Shown piece by piece: positions 49,823-64,000 of a stretch of 64,000 nt of DNA; the first letter of the stretch is position 1, and each line of letters starts with the position of its first letter. This stretch comes from Felis catus. Its lineage: Eukaryota. The notes beneath the pieces were generated by a model, which saw only the letters and a list, made by a program, of their open reading frames with translations, had not been told where the DNA came from and made no database searches. Made by a program: the position numbers and the translations under genes. The stretch spans positions 70,310,001-70,374,000 of the forward strand of contig NC_058368.1 in NCBI RefSeq assembly GCF_018350175.1. The letters run 5' to 3'.

Positions 49823-50324
49823 ACGTTAGAAGAATTTTAAAGAAAGGTTCAGTAAACAGGGAAAAATCAACATTAAGGTTTGTGCAATACGTCTGTCTAG
49901 GCAGAGTCGAGGTGGGAAAGAACAGAGACTAATAAAGGATGAAAAGCAAGCTCAGAGCACAGAAGATGACATAACCCTATTCGTGTCCTGTGAGCCAAAG
50001 ACGACACTACTGGTGATGGTCCCACAGCCCCTACTCAGGCTGCAGGAAGCCCCTGACCAGCCTCAAAGTCCCCAGCAGGGCGATATGCACATTCCTACTA
50101 AACACTGGGACTGGGCCTCACTCGAGTGTGGGTACCCTGCGTCCAAACACCATCCTCCAACCCACAACTCCCCAGAGTCACAAGACTCTGTCTCAGTCAT
50201 GCCCCTTTTCTTCAGGCACTAAGATGAGATCCCACCTGCTCCTGGTCTGTGCACGCATCGTTCCCACTGCCCAAACCAAGCACTTGGAGTAAAACCTCCC
50301 CAACTACCATCTCCACAACCTACA

Positions 50325-50616
50325 ACATGCCTTCTCAAACTCCCCGCAGTGAAGGTGCCCTTCCTCCCCCAACCTATCTGGGACCAATACTTTTATAAAA
50401 TGCAAAAGAATAATAGTAACTACTAAGTGAAATTTAAAAAAAGATACACAAAATAAAAGTCCCAATTTTTTATTAGATTGAATAGACTTAAAGTTGGCCT
50501 GTCAAATTGTTAAAGTTTCTACACCCTTATTCTCCTCTGTATATAGTTCATCACAGGTGAGCTATAAACGATTCACAGGCAAATCCCTGTCTGTGGGTAT
50601 CACGTTGAGCTGCACT
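50325..50616. mobile_element. hAT-Charlie non-autonomous DNA transposon (Charlie18a-like)
   Basis: gaccaatacttttataaaat...ttttattagattgaatagac...tgtcaaattg motifs; degenerate terminal inverted repeats. Confidence 0.55.
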
Positions 50617-51929
50617 ACCTTACAGTAAGAAGCGGAGGTTCAACACCTTCACATTTTTGCTTCCTACTGTGTTTCTCTATTCTGAAGCCCCCCCACTGAG
50701 ACCTGCAGATCTTCTTCCATTTAGGGTAAATTCTCCTTGTATCCTCCTCCTTTTTCTTTTATCATATGCCTTCACCAATGGGCTTCCTTCTGACCTCCAC
50801 AAATCTCTTGGTCAAGGCTGGAAATAAAGACACGGGAATGAGTCACGGAAAGAGAAGTAGCAGATAAACTCTCTGGAAAGTAGAAGGAAGAAAACAACAG
50901 GTACTCATTCTCCTAAGGGATGGCTACAGTGGGAATCTGAATGGGAAAACAGTAACAGAGAGATGTGAAAAAAAATTAGTATTATCATTCACCATATTGA
51001 CTAATAACCAGATAACATAACAGTATTTAGATATCAAAGGAAGATGGGATTTCAAAGAAAAGAGATCTATGGCCATAGGAAGGAAAGAAATCCAAGAAGA
51101 GGAAAACTGAGAACCCTTTTCCATCTATAATTTATCAATCCATGCAGTGACTTAGCTTGTATTTAGAAATGTTAGAGAAGCTCACCTCCAAAACTGAATT
51201 GGGGCCCTCTTGTACAAAGCAGCCACATTTTCTCTTACCTAAAACAAGTAAACTTTAGAACTCTGCACAAAAAGAGTGGTAAAATTAATTACCTGACTAT
51301 CTTGACTCTAAATAATTATGATCCTACCATTTTTAAAGGCTTCTTTAATTTTTCCCTGAAAAGGGGAGACAGGAAAGTTCGTTCCAAAAAACTGATAGGA
51401 AGTCAGAATGTCAGGCTTGCAGACCATAGCAGAGAAGGCAGCTGGTTGGGGCCCCACGGTTAAACACACACTGATCATGACGGAGTATTTTAAAAAAGGA
51501 CTAGCTAGATAGATGGTTTTTAAAGCTGTCTGCTCTACCCTAAACACTCTAAAAAATGAAGGCCACTAACAGCTCACTGCTAATCCTTTTCTCTGGTGGT
51601 AGTTTATAATGCGAGATGAGATTCTCATCTGTCTGCAATGGTTTATCTGAAAGCAGGAGACCAGATAAATTTACACTCCCCTCAAGGCCCACGTAAAAAG
51701 GAGGGTGTTCTCAGATTTCTGCATCACCACTTTCCTGGTCTCCCAGGGCTGAAACCTAAAGCTATATTTAATACCTCCAGCTTCTCAATCTCACCCAGCC
51801 AGGGAACACTAAGCTCACCTTAGTGTGGGGCAGAAGATTATTGGTAAATATTTATTGAATAAATAAATAACCTAATCTAATCAGGTCCAAATACCCATCC
51901 AGTTTATCCCAAAATACTTCTTTTACACA

Positions 51930-52600
51930 TCACCTTTTTACTTTATGCCCTCCTCATTACTTCCTGTCTAAATTATGGCAAAAGTCTCCTAAGTAATATC
52001 TAAGACCACAGCTCTCTGCCCCCATGCCCATCCATGTCCCAGCCTCTAGGCTCCAACCACACAGTCACCATATTCCTGCAGCAAAACTCTAATCAGGGCA
52101 TCTTCCAGGTCAAAAACCCAAAACAAAGAATAAAGTCAATACTCCACGACCTGGCCCTTGTCCACCTTCTCCACACCGTCCCACGTAACCCAGATCCATA
52201 CATCCCTAACTCTCTCTACACTTCACCAGTCTTAACTACTCACTGCTCCCCAGGTACAGCCCATGATTTCCTCTCCAGGAGCCTTCACCTGTGCAGGACC
52301 CTCTATCTACAACAATTCAAGTCTACTTTCAGCTCAAAATGCCATCTCCTTCATTAAGCTTTTTCTGATTCCCTAGACTAGGAGTACTCGCCTTCCTGAG
52401 GACTCTTTAAGGCTTTACTTATAACTCTACAATGATACAATCTTCTATTTAAATGTGCATAAAGCTTATTTTGCAATCTTCTCTCCCCTATTAGTGTGTC
52501 AACACCTTAGGATAGGATCTGCCTTACTCATCCTGGTTCTGCAAATCACTGAGGACAGTGGTTGGCACATGTAAGGACTCAACAAACGTGCTCAACTAAT
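51930..52600 (+). mobile_element. L2 fragment
   Basis: Ends acagtggttggcacatgtaaggactcaacaaacgtg. Confidence 0.65.
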
Positions 52601-55600
52601 TTGGTGCATATGTGAGATTAAAAATCTATCTATTCAGATATACGTGGAAACACAGATGTGGAAGCATCTACAATATACCTGTGCATCCATATTTATCTGT
52701 CAATCAAATACTTGCTCATTTCTTTTCCCAGGGTATTATTAACATGATCCACACATATCCTTAATGGCAGGAAGCAAAGTAATTAATTAAGATCAAACCA
52801 AACAAAAACCAACCCTAAACCAAATGCATGCACCTTCATATAAGAACCATTTTTAGTACTTTATGAACAGATGTTTCTTTGCACTTGAAATAGTGACCGG
52901 TACCTTACTATTTATGCTATCATTAGCCTAACTGCAATGAGCAGGATGTCACCTTGCTTCCAAAAACCCCCATGTTAAGTACTCAGTATCTTTTACAATC
53001 AGTAAAAACCCAGGTAACAGCGCCATGCAAATCTGTGTTCCATGGAGCCTAAAGATCCTAACGATTTTGCATAAAAAACTTAATTTTCTTTTCATGCACA
53101 GTTCTTAAAATCAACTCAGATTATTTTTAATCTGGAGCTTCACAAAAATTAGTTTCATTTTCAGTTCTGAAGAAAAGAGAGGCTTTACAGTTCTTGCACT
53201 ATCAACTAGATAGTTGAAAACAAACTACTGTAATATACTACCATATTATTTAATATAAGTTTAAAATACTAATATGATACTGTTATTAAACTTCACACTA
53301 TTTGTGGGGTTAAGTAAGGACATAATCAAGATCCAAATCCCTGCATGTTTGGGGTCTTTGCACCTAGGAGACACATTCTAGCTGCCCAAAGAAATTAATC
53401 TCATAAATGCCCTATTTTCCCTAGTTAGCCTCAAAGTAAATCACATGTATATAGCTAAAAAATCTTAATTTTAGGACTCTCTGTAAGGTTAACAGCTGCA
53501 TTACCAGAAAAACAAAAAGCCTTCCCTCCCACCTCTCTAGCCCACTCCTTTGAGCCCTAACCCACGATTCCCACTGCACCATTATCACTGATGTGAGTTT
53601 CCTCCACCCTCACCCAACAGCTTCATGAGGAAACAGTCTACCACCACGCTGCCACGAGCATGTACATCAAGCTTCAAGTTTCCTGGGTGTCACGGAAGCA
53701 GAGTAACAGATGTGGAGGTCCTGGTATATTTCTACTTCCCTAAAAGCTGACTTGAGTCTCAGACCTTCCTGCAAATTTGATCTGCACTAGTCACAGCCTT
53801 CCTTCTTCCTTGCAGGAAGCCAGAGAGCCAAGAGGCAGAGGACTCCCAAAGGGGAACACCAACCCCAAAGCTCCCCGGGTCTCATCTATGCTCCTCCTTC
53901 CCTCTAACACCCTTCTTGAAGACAAGGTCTGTGTCTTAATCAAATGTTTATCCTTCAGTGTTTGTTGAGTAAATGAACGACAGATAATAACCGGGGATCT
54001 ACTGAACACTGAAGCGTAAGAACTTAAAAAACTGTAATAACACTGCATTTTTGTCTGCTAATGTCATCATTAAAAACTCAAAAATGACTCAAGATCTGCT
54101 AAGATCCTCACTGAAAGATAAACAAGCGGACAGTGAATCCTCAGGAGGCCTTAGGGCAAGATGCCCTAGACTGATAATATGGAAGATGACAGGGAAGCCT
54201 GGAACAGAAAAGACTGGGCTCCATCAGGCCTCTGCCCCTCCCTTCTCAAAGGTCCCTGCGGATGGAAATGAGCTCCAGGCTGCACCAGGCCAGGCTCCAA
54301 ACCTCAAGATCTGGTCAGAAAGAATCAGCTTAAATCCATTCTGGGCTGGTTAGTGCCTCCCCTACCGTACAGGTGACACAATGCAGGCCCTAGGCCAGGA
54401 TACAAAGTTGTGTCACAGGCAGAACCCAGTTCTCCTGACAAGTAGTATACTGCTCACTGGAATATGCTGGGATATTATGGAGTAGGGCTGGTTTGGGACT
54501 TATTTCCCAGAATGGAGGATGTCCAAAACACCAAGACTCCATACTGTCAACAACAGAAATTGGGCTTCTTTATGACAATTTCTAACAAATGAAGCCACGG
54601 GAAAAGACAGCTGCAATTCTCTCAAATTCTAGAAGCTATTCTGAAATTCCTTTCCTCAAATGGAGCTCTCTGTAATGTCTACCAAAGGAGCCTATCCTCA
54701 CCACCCAACCTGTGGGGTATCCAGAGCCCATAATCTTCACTCCTCCTTTCCAGCTTCGAAACTCCAGACCATGATATGTGATTTATAAAAAGTGACTGTC
54801 CCCAGTTCAAGAAACCATCATCTTCTACTGATCATCCCTCTTCTCCCTCACCTCCTCTTACACAGTACAGAAATCTCAACACCAATGTGTTTACTAAAGT
54901 TTGCCTGGATATATTAACTCTTTCAGGAGAAACTAACGCTGTGTCACCAATCTTTGCCTCTCTCAGCTTTGAGCGGTTTTAAGTTTTATGTTCCATTAAA
55001 AACTTGATGTGTTAATTGGTTTTTCACAAAATTACCTCCAGATAAGACAGTAAGGCACACGCATTCTTCAGTTCGGAAAAAAAAAAAAAAAAGAATCCTA
55101 TAACAGTAGTTATTACTAATCTTCTAGGAAAAAAAATAGCATTCTCTGAGTTTTTCTTCAAAGAATAAAGAAAATCAAAATGGCTAAATGAATATATTAA
55201 AAGCCAGAGGAAAAAAATTGTAACCTACAAGATTAAATATTCTGCAAATTCTAGCTAGTATAATAGTTTATAAAAGTCTAACATACTATAAATATTATGG
55301 CACCTCTGCTCTCACCATAGGAACTCTGCTTTCTACTTAAGAAAACAGCAATATGTTAGAATGACAGATTAAATAAATTCACTGAACAATTTTAAAAATG
55401 CAACTTTTCCTGTAATAATACAACTTGAACCAAAATGCCATTTATAGCTGAATATTTATTTTAGCCAAGGCAAAGCAGCCTGAAAGGTAAAATGACCTAC
55501 ATTAACAGACCTTATTCTACAGTAAAGAATTTTAGGTTAATAGGCCCAGGAAAGTCTTTTTCTCAAGCCAAATAAGATTTGAACCAAAGTACACATAAAA

Positions 55601-56220
55601 CCATGATTTTCTATCCCTTAAATAACATTATTTGACTACTAAATTAATTCTTCATTCCTCAATAAGTTTCTATTGAGACCGTTTTTAGATTAATCTTGTA
55701 ATTCTTGCCTTTTAATTCCTTCTCTCTTTCCTCCTAACCCCTTAACAGAAATGTAGAACTCCTTTCTTGGCTTGTAGAAAAATGAATGTCAATTTCACCT
55801 ACCAACTGGCCTGAGACTGATGAAATATACAAGCAGAAGATCCATGGTGCAAACGGATGTATCATAGTCTGATACAATCTGATTATCATGGTCTGTAAAG
55901 ATATTCAATGAAATGCAAGTGTAAACAGAGTAAACTCAATTATTTCCTGTGGTCAGTGGAAAGTACACTGAACCCAGAGTCAGTAAACTCAATTTTGTTC
56001 TTGTCTATAATACTAACTAGCTGTATGAGCACAGACTAATCGCTTAACCATGATAGATCTTAATCTTCTTCATTTGTAAAATTAGGAAACTGGACCAGAT
56101 GACCTCAAAGATAACTTTCACCTCCAAAACAATATGATTTCATTTCCATGTCACAAATTTCTCCCAACCCAGAGAATTCATGGTACTTTCCTGAAAGGTG
56201 TTTAATGATTCACGTTAACA

Positions 56221-56433
56221 ATTTTTTTTTCAACGTTTATTTATTTTTGGGACAGAGAGAGACAGAGCATGAACGGGGGAGGGGCAGAGAGAGAGGGAGA
56301 CACAGAATCAGAAACAGGCTCCAGGCTCTGAGCCATCAGCCCAGAGCCTGACGCGGGGCTCGAACTCACGGACCGCGAGATCGTGACCTGGCTGAAGTCG
56401 GACGCTTAACCGACTGCGCCACCCAGGCGCCCC
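56221..56433 (-). mobile_element. Young felid SINE
   Basis: Near-identical to the copies at 15936 and 24134. Confidence 0.95.
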
Positions 56434-56458
56434 ATCAATTTAAAAGTTCTAACATACT

Positions 56459-56575
56459 CGGGGCACCTGGCTGGCTCAGTCAGAATATGCAACTCTTGAT
56501 CTTGGGGCCATGAGTTCAAGCCCCACGTGGGGCATAGAGATTACTTTTAAAAAATTTAAATTTAAATTTAAAAAA
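56459..56575 (+). mobile_element. Short carnivore SINE
   Basis: Head plus A/T tail. Confidence 0.85.
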
Positions 56576-56585
56576 AAAGTTTTCA

Positions 56586-56802
56586 GGGGTGCCTGGGTGG
56601 CTCAGTTGGTTCAGAGTCCAACTTCAGCTCAGGTCATGATCTCACAGTTCATGGTTCAAGCCCTGCATCAGGCTCTGTGCTGACAGCTCAGAGCCTGGAG
56701 CCTGCTTCAGATTCTGTCTCCCATTCCCTCTGCCCCTCCCCCACTCATGCTCCCTCCTTCTCTCTCTCTCTCTCAAAAATAAATAAACATTAAAAAAAAA
56801 AA
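56586..56802 (+). mobile_element. Carnivore SINE
   Basis: Body and tail. Confidence 0.9.
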
Positions 56803-58999
56803 GTTTCCAAGAAACTCAAATTATATCATTTAGACAATCCCTGCCATGGAAAAACTGCTAAATATTAGTCAGATGACCTTAAGTGAGTCATTTGATTTCT
56901 CCTGTCTTCAGTTTCCTCATCAAAAAACAGAAGTAAAGTAACTATCCCTGTCTGACTGGATTTTCCGAAGGCTCAAGCAAGACAGTTTTTTGAAAGAATT
57001 TTATAAAACTGTCGAATGCAAAGTTTCACTATTTCACACGGGCCTTCTTCTATGAGCATTTAATGTAGGATCTTAAACTGATTGACAGGTTGTTTTGCTA
57101 CCAAGATGCAAGTGTCTGTCTCACTTCAGGAGCACATTTTACATCAAGATACACACTTGTTTAAGCACTAAGATACACACGTGCAATTTTCAGAGAGTCC
57201 TAATTTTATACGCAACACCAAAATTTTCCTCCTACGTTGATTGTGTTTTGTATTCCTTAATAGATTATTACTATCCATTTGTGAAAGTAATGCAATTAGG
57301 AAACAGAATATATAAAGAACAAACTATATGCCCACTTTTCATGTATTTCCTTCCAACATTTTTCTTAAACACAAGCTATTTCTTACACAGTTGTGATCAT
57401 ACATATTTCCGTATTTTGCTTCTTTTTCCCCCAACATTGTAATTTTTCCATGTTATAAATTCTCCCTAAACGGCACTTTTAAGGGTCATATGATATTCTT
57501 ACAGGTTGCTCTCATAAGTAATAAAAGCTTGTACTTACTGGGTATTTACTGTGTGCCAAACCCTACTCTAAGTGCTTTACATGCACGTGCTCACTTAATC
57601 ATCACAAAGATCTACAAGACAAGTGTCGTCATAGTGTCCATTCTCAGGGTAAAGAGACTTCTCAGCAGAGCTCGGGTTTCGAATGTCTGGAGCCCAAGTT
57701 CTTATCTGTTATATTCCACTGCATCCCTAGAAAGAACAATCCCCCATCAACATCATCTTGGTTATACTACCAACCTTTTCTATGTTCTAGAATTCAGGAA
57801 CTAAACATCTGATATTTAACTTATTCCTGAAACAAAAGAGCATGGTTTATCATAGCATCTGTAAGGTCATAAAACTTTCTCATGGACAAAATACTACCTC
57901 TACTTTTTTCAGTGAATCATTCTGTATAGACTGCTTATAATCTCTTTTTTAACTTAGCACAGTAAACATCTTTCCACAGAACATTACTATAGCCACATGA
58001 CAGAACATGTATTTTCTGTCAAGACGAAATGTATGAAAATAGAGCATGTGAATCTCAAACTAAGAACATACAAGTTTCAGAATAAACTTGAGAATAAAGT
58101 GGTCAGTGGAGACCATAGGTAGTTTGTGGACACCAGCTTCCAGACTAACTCTCAGTGAATCTAGCTAACATTCAATAAATGTTAATCTATAATAAATAAA
58201 TGGCCATGTCTCTAACACAAGCACTGGCCCAGCCTGCCTCCCAAAGTAGACACACCCAAGTACTATCTTCATGGTATTTATCCCTGCCAAATTCAAAGAA
58301 AGGAGGTGGGGAGATTCAAACACACCATTTGGCATTAGAGTTCTGATCAGATAGTATGTTTCCTTGCTATCAATTCACTGATAAGCACTCAAGGAGTCTG
58401 TTAGAGAAAAAGTGCCAGAGATGTAAAAGAAACAGAAACAACTCCACCATCCACGTACTTCTGCATGGTTTGCAAGACTCAGATTCAACTGAATGGAAGG
58501 CACTTCCAGTGGTTTTTATTGACTGTATTTTTGTTTTATTCTGTTTTGTTTTCAGATCAGTTAGCTAATAAATAGCTAATACAAGAATTAGATCAGTGTG
58601 TTATTTTATACACTGAAGCTCTAAAGAGTTGGTGAAGATAAATGGTCCTAAAAAAGAAAATTAATCTTATTTGTACCAAAATGTGTGGCTGCTTTCAAAA
58701 ACTATGCAGAGATCATGCAGATTTACTGACAACCTGACCAGTTTTTTTCTAAACTAAAACAAACACAGGGCCAGCCCCAAAGTGATATTCTTACATGCGA
58801 GAAGATAACCAAATCTGTCAGGTGGCAATGAAAAATTAATGACATAACGGAACTGAGCATTAGGAAAATTAATCTGGCAGAGGGAGATGGGCTAGAATGA
58901 AGTAAATAGAAATGGGTACAGGGGAGTGAGATTAAGGGCAAGGGGGAATCAAAAAAAAAAAAAAGATGAAAAACTGAAAGCGTAAGATGTAGTCTTCAG

Positions 59000-60370
59000 G
59001 ATTCATTTATTCACACATAAAATATTGGTCGAAGCCCCGCTATCTGCCAGGCCCTGGAGAAACTGTGGTCAACAAACAGTTCAGTGAGGGAAACAGACAT
59101 TAAACAAACGTACACACAAATAAATATCTAAATTGTGCTAAGCGGAACAGAGGAAAAGAACAGGCAAGGCCTGTTCGGGTTTGGGTGGGTAGGCAAGGCC
59201 TCTGTGAGGCAAGGGCATGTAAGTACAGTTCCAGAAACCTAGGGGAGTGGCCTGGCAGATGAGGAAAGAGGCAAGAGGTGATTATTATCCCAGGCAGAGG
59301 TAAGCACTCCTGCCAAGGTCCTGGGGTATGAGAGAGCCTGGCATCCGGAGAACGTTAAAGCCGAGCCAGTGAGCAACGGCAGAGTGGTGCCTGACAAGGA
59401 GAGCACCTTACAGTCCAAGCTCCTATTCCAAGGGCAGTGGGAAGCACTGTTGTGTTAACGATTCAGAATTAAAGCCTTAAGGATAGAGGAAGAAAGGCAG
59501 CAAGGAGACCAGATAGGAGGGACTATGGCGGGGACCAAGGGAAGGGCAGGAGACAGAGGGAAGGGGACGATAGGTCACAGCAGTCAGGAGTGCAGCTCAC
59601 CAAAGATCTTAGCTCTCCTTCCAGGCACATAGATAAGAATGGACTTCCCACCTCTTGGAGCTAGGTGTGGCCAATGGACCGGAAGCAAAAGTGTGTGGAA
59701 GAGTAAGAGTCTGTGAGGAAGTCCCCACACTCTTTCCCCCCAACAAGGACACACCATATTCAAGATGGTGGCTGTCCCCAACCCAGGTCCCAGGATGTGG
59801 ATAACATGGCCCCGGCCATCCTCAACAGACAGGCAGCACTGGGAGGGAAAAAAAACCCTTCTGAGCCACCAAGGTTTGAGAGTCATTCGCCCACACAGAA
59901 GCAGAAATAGGACATAATGGATGCAGTGATGACGGAAAGAGGAAGGCAAAAGGAGATGAAAAGAAGAGATAAAGGAGGAATGAGAGATTTCAAAGTCGGT
60001 GGCCGTGACAATAATGCCTATTGCTAAGGAAAAGAACGCAAAGAGGATGGCTGGTTTGGGATGAAAAGTGGCAATTTATGTTTCACAGATGCTGAACATA
60101 AGGGACTGGTAGGACACCCAAGTACACGTGTCAGACAGGTCCAAGTACACATGGACAAGTAGGTCTAAGCTGGGGAAACTGAGATAAAGATTCAGAAGTC
60201 CAAGTGAAGGTAGAGAGCTCCCTTCAGAGTAAAGAGCAGAGATTAAATGCCATGAGCCAATGGTGGAGAAGGGACCCGTCAGGAATGCCCCCAGGTGTCT
60301 GGGTAGCAAGGGGAAAGAGTGAAGACTGGAGCATGGGAGAGAACCAGAGAAGGGGAAGGAGGGGGGCTGA
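59000..60370 (-). mobile_element. L2 fragment with an MLT1 LTR (about 59580-59930) inserted
   Basis: attcatttattcacacataaaatattgg...tgccaggccctgg L2 end; MLT1 motifs ggagctaggtgtggccaatgg and caagatggtggctg. Confidence 0.6.
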
Positions 60371-61252
60371 ACGGCATCAAATGCTACAGACCAACAAGTT
60401 GAGAGGCCACCCCACACCAAGGACAAGTCAGACTTCAAGGGCTCAATCCAAGGTTACACCATGCTTAGTAGCAAAGAGGTACTAGAACCCAAACAGCCAG
60501 GCCCAAGCCCCCGAACTTAAACACAAGCCTCCCTGCCTTCCAGTGATGCAATGGAAAATTTTTCTCAACAATATTCTTCTAAAACAAAACGTAATGGTAT
60601 CGTAAATATTCCACATTCCACAACTTATTTAGATTACTGTCAAGATCTTTCGATAGTTTGCAGTTGGTCGGTATTTTACATTTTCTGCCCTGAGCAGTCA
60701 GCACTGTGACTTCAGACACTGAACTTAAATGCACATTTCAGGTTGATCCTCAGGAGAAATTCCCACAGTTATAAGTACTGGACCAAAAAAAGGGAGTGTG
60801 TTAAAGTTTTTGATATGAAGCCCAAATGCAAAAAGATTATACCATTCATCATGTCATAAAATCCAGGAGGCACAATTCTCACTAAATGCTATGCAAATGA
60901 GAGTCCCTGGAGTTGGGGACAGAGTAGTCCTGCAAACAGGAGTTCACCCATCCTTGCAAATGTCTTTTCTATCTTGGCAAATTTGCAAATCTATCAGGCA
61001 AAAATGGCATCTTGTTTTGATTAATGTTTCTCTAGTTATTAGCAAGGTTGAACATGTTTGTCTGCTCCTTATTGGCTAATTATACTCCTTTCTTTGAGAA
61101 ATTGCGTATTAATGTCCTTTCCTATTTTTCTACTGGAGTGTTTTTCTTTTTGTAATTGATTTACGAGAACTCTCAATATATTTTTAAAAACGTAATACTA
61201 TTAGATATGGATATAGATAAATAAAGTGTTTAGTGTTTCTAAGCTTATGACT

Positions 61253-61422
61253 TTTTATTTTGTTTTGTTTTATTTATTTGGGGAGGTGGGCAGAGAGAGG
61301 GAATCTTAAGCAGACTCCACACTCAGTGCAGAGCCCAACCCGGGGCTTGATCCCACGACCCTGGATGATGGCCTGAATGAAAATCAAGAGTGGGATGCTC
61401 AACTGAGCCACCCAGGCACTCC
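61253..61422 (-). mobile_element. Carnivore SINE
   Basis: Reverse SINE body. Confidence 0.85.
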
Positions 61423-61434
61423 TTTAAAAAAAAT

Positions 61435-61692
61435 TTCTTTGTCATTTTATTTTAAGGAGAGAGAGAGAGAGAGAGAGTACAAAACTTTTATTTTCTTTAT
61501 ATTTTGGGCGTCTCTATATGGACAGCATGGATTTTTCTTAGAAAGAGTGAGAGCAGGAGAAACGGACAGAGGGAAGTGAGAGAGAATCCTAAGCAGGCTC
61601 CACATTCAGTGCAGAGCCTGACATGGGGCTCGACCCCGTGACCCTGGGATCATGATCTGAGCTGAAATCAAGTCAGAGGCAGCTTACTGACT
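61435..61692 (-). mobile_element. Rearranged or truncated carnivore SINE
   Basis: Reverse body lacking its 5' end; extra sequence after (GA)n. Confidence 0.75.
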
Positions 61693-62532
61693 TAAATTTA
61701 TAGTACTTGTTACACATGGAACAGAGGTTTGAGTGTTCACATGGGAAGCAATAGGCAGAGTGGTTAGGAACACATGGTCTGAAGCCACAGTGCCCAGGTT
61801 CAAGACCCAGGCCCTCCACTTACAGCCGGGTCACCTTGTGACTCACCCTCCCACATGTAAAGCTCTAACATATATCCTAGGACATAGTAAGTGCTCAATA
61901 AATGCTGGATGCAGATATATTTAGTCAAGATAACATGACCTTACTTCTTACTTTATTAACATAACATGACCTTACTTCTGTTAAACATATTAAGTGATTT
62001 AAATACCTTATTTGATCTTTATTTTAAAAACTAAGATAATAATATCTAGTAATCTGAACTCTCAGATGAGCAAACTGAGGCTTAGGTGAAGTAACCTATT
62101 CCAAGGCCTCAGTTCACCAGTGGCAAAGCCACAGCTCACTTCATAAATGCAGACAAAACTGGTTTTTCCCTTTACTTTAATGCTTTAAAAATCCCTCTCC
62201 ACCCTTACGTGATTATTCATCGATGTTTTATGCTGCTTCTTTTATTTATTTCACATGCAACTCTTATATTTAGTTATAATTTATTTTAGTATAAAAGGCA
62301 GGGCCCCAACACTGTTTCTTTGCAACACCATTTACTGAATGGAGCGCACTCACCACATTTGACTACTCCTCCCATGATACCCTAAATGATTACACACACT
62401 TAGTCCTATTTCTGGGTTTTCTCTTCATGCCACAGACCTTTCTCCCTGTCCTTGGGCATGACATAAAACCGTCACATTATTTACCCCCAAGGTTACACTT
62501 AGGAAAAGATGTCTCTCAGAAGCATATATTCA

Positions 62533-62740
62533 GGGACGCCTGGGTGGCACGGTCGGTTGAGCGTCCTACTTTTGATTTCAGCTCAGGTCATGATCTCACA
62601 GTTTGTGAGTTCAAGCCCTGCACTGGGCTCTGCACTAACAGTGCGGAGCCTGCTTGGGATTCTCTGTCTTCTTCTCTGTCTACCTTTCCCCTGCTCACCT
62701 TCTCACTCTCCCTCAAAAATAAATAAATTAAAATAAAATA
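62533..62740 (+). mobile_element. Carnivore SINE
   Basis: Body and tail. Confidence 0.9.
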
Positions 62741-64000
62741 AACCTAAATAGGTTTCAAAGAGACAAGGGAAAAAATATATATATATTTTGTGATGTACTC
62801 TCAGCCAATCATTGAAATTGTTCTCCAAATTAGCAAACGTACCTCTCAAAATTTCTCCCCCTTCCTCCTAAAACTTGTCCCTCTTTGTCTAAGCTGCTGC
62901 TTGCTCCTTCTTGGCCTAGCCAGGCATTCCAAGCAAGCATTTGTTCAATCTCTCATTCTTTTCTAGGAAAAAAGTCCCCCTTATCTCTGCCTCTTCCAGG
63001 TCCTGTTTAGTTCCTCAGAACACTTTCCCATGTGCACCAGTTCTGCCATCTCATCTTCCTCTATGCACTGAACCAACCATTTGACCTTTTAAATGTGCTC
63101 CCTTGTACTGTGATCCACCTTTCTATAGACTACTCACCTGTCCACCTGTTTAGATCATAAACCCTCAGGGCGAGGGCTCGCTCTAACACAGCAGCGTATC
63201 TCCACCAGTCAGCAAACAGTCCTAGCACAGAGAAGGCCCTCAATCCACGTGGAGAAAGATTTTACAATTCCTTCCCTCCCTTTTCAAACTCAAGGCATTA
63301 CTAATGCCCTCCTGTCTCCTAATATTCAAATGGACTAGAAACCAAAGAAATAGAACCTGTTGTTGATTATCTACTTAGAGATGGGCCTCCACCCTACTTC
63401 CTGTGTTTGGGGACATTTCTGTTTGTTAGGACTCCACCAGAGGGTGGAGAAAGACAGTGAGGTGATGCTCAGGCCAGTTCAGTTGCCGATTTACTAACAT
63501 ATCTGATTTGAAATTACAGCCAAAATGAGGTTTTACCTTACCCGAGGATTTCAAAGAACACCACCACTTGGGTCTCACGTTACCTCAGATAATACTGGAA
63601 CCTTGAGCTGACTGACCTAAGAGGGTGAGGAAGGCCTCAAGCACATATTCCAGGAGAGAATCAGCCCACACCTTCTGTCCATCCTCTGCCAGTAACACAA
63701 AGGAAAATTTAGTGACCTGACTCGGTTTCATTTCATTTCATACTGCTGGATGAAGGGCATGGAATAGTATCACTGGCAGGGGCTTGACATGGAAGGAGAG
63801 TTTGAAGCTGAACATACAGAGATAAGATCAATAAGGAAGTTGGCAGCCAGGTGACCCAGGCAGGCATCAATACCCAAGTTCATATACCTGGTAAACCCAC
63901 ACAAAGGCCCATGTCACAATATTTACACAAATCTTTCAGAGAAAGGATATTTTTAGGCCTTGGGTGATACAGTCCGTTAGATCTAGGCCATTATGATGCT

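Noticed and set aside
61930..61980. Short direct duplication ataacatgaccttacttct
   Set aside because: Ordinary slippage-type duplication with no associated signal.
63132..63140. Consensus minus-strand donor CAG|GTGAGT
   Set aside because: Within L2-like sequence and without a convincing acceptor or start.

Overview
Mammalian (felid, most likely cat) genomic DNA, judged from about 38 tRNA-derived carnivore SINEs, including several near-consensus SINEC_Fc-type copies. The window is almost entirely intron. The one well-supported coding segment is at the left edge on the minus strand: ATG at 154, MGCTTSVILFKGIRTVFERNCAYMCKQQ..., running off the window. I recognise it from memory, without a search, as an alternative N-terminal exon of the Cdc42 GEF DOCK9, which would make the rest of the window DOCK9 intron 1. 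This N-terminus carries an MGCxxS myristoylation/palmitoylation signature and is preceded by three uORFs. Other contents are an RPL41 processed pseudogene (26026-26444, minus), several solo LTRs with recognisable target-site duplications (TSDs), old L1/L2/MIR fragments in multi-layer nests, microsatellites, a 3x36-bp minisatellite, and several candidate unannotated exons. I found no CRISPR, rRNA, true tRNA or prokaryotic-type system. Repeat subfamily names are from recall, and boundaries without a TSD are approximate.
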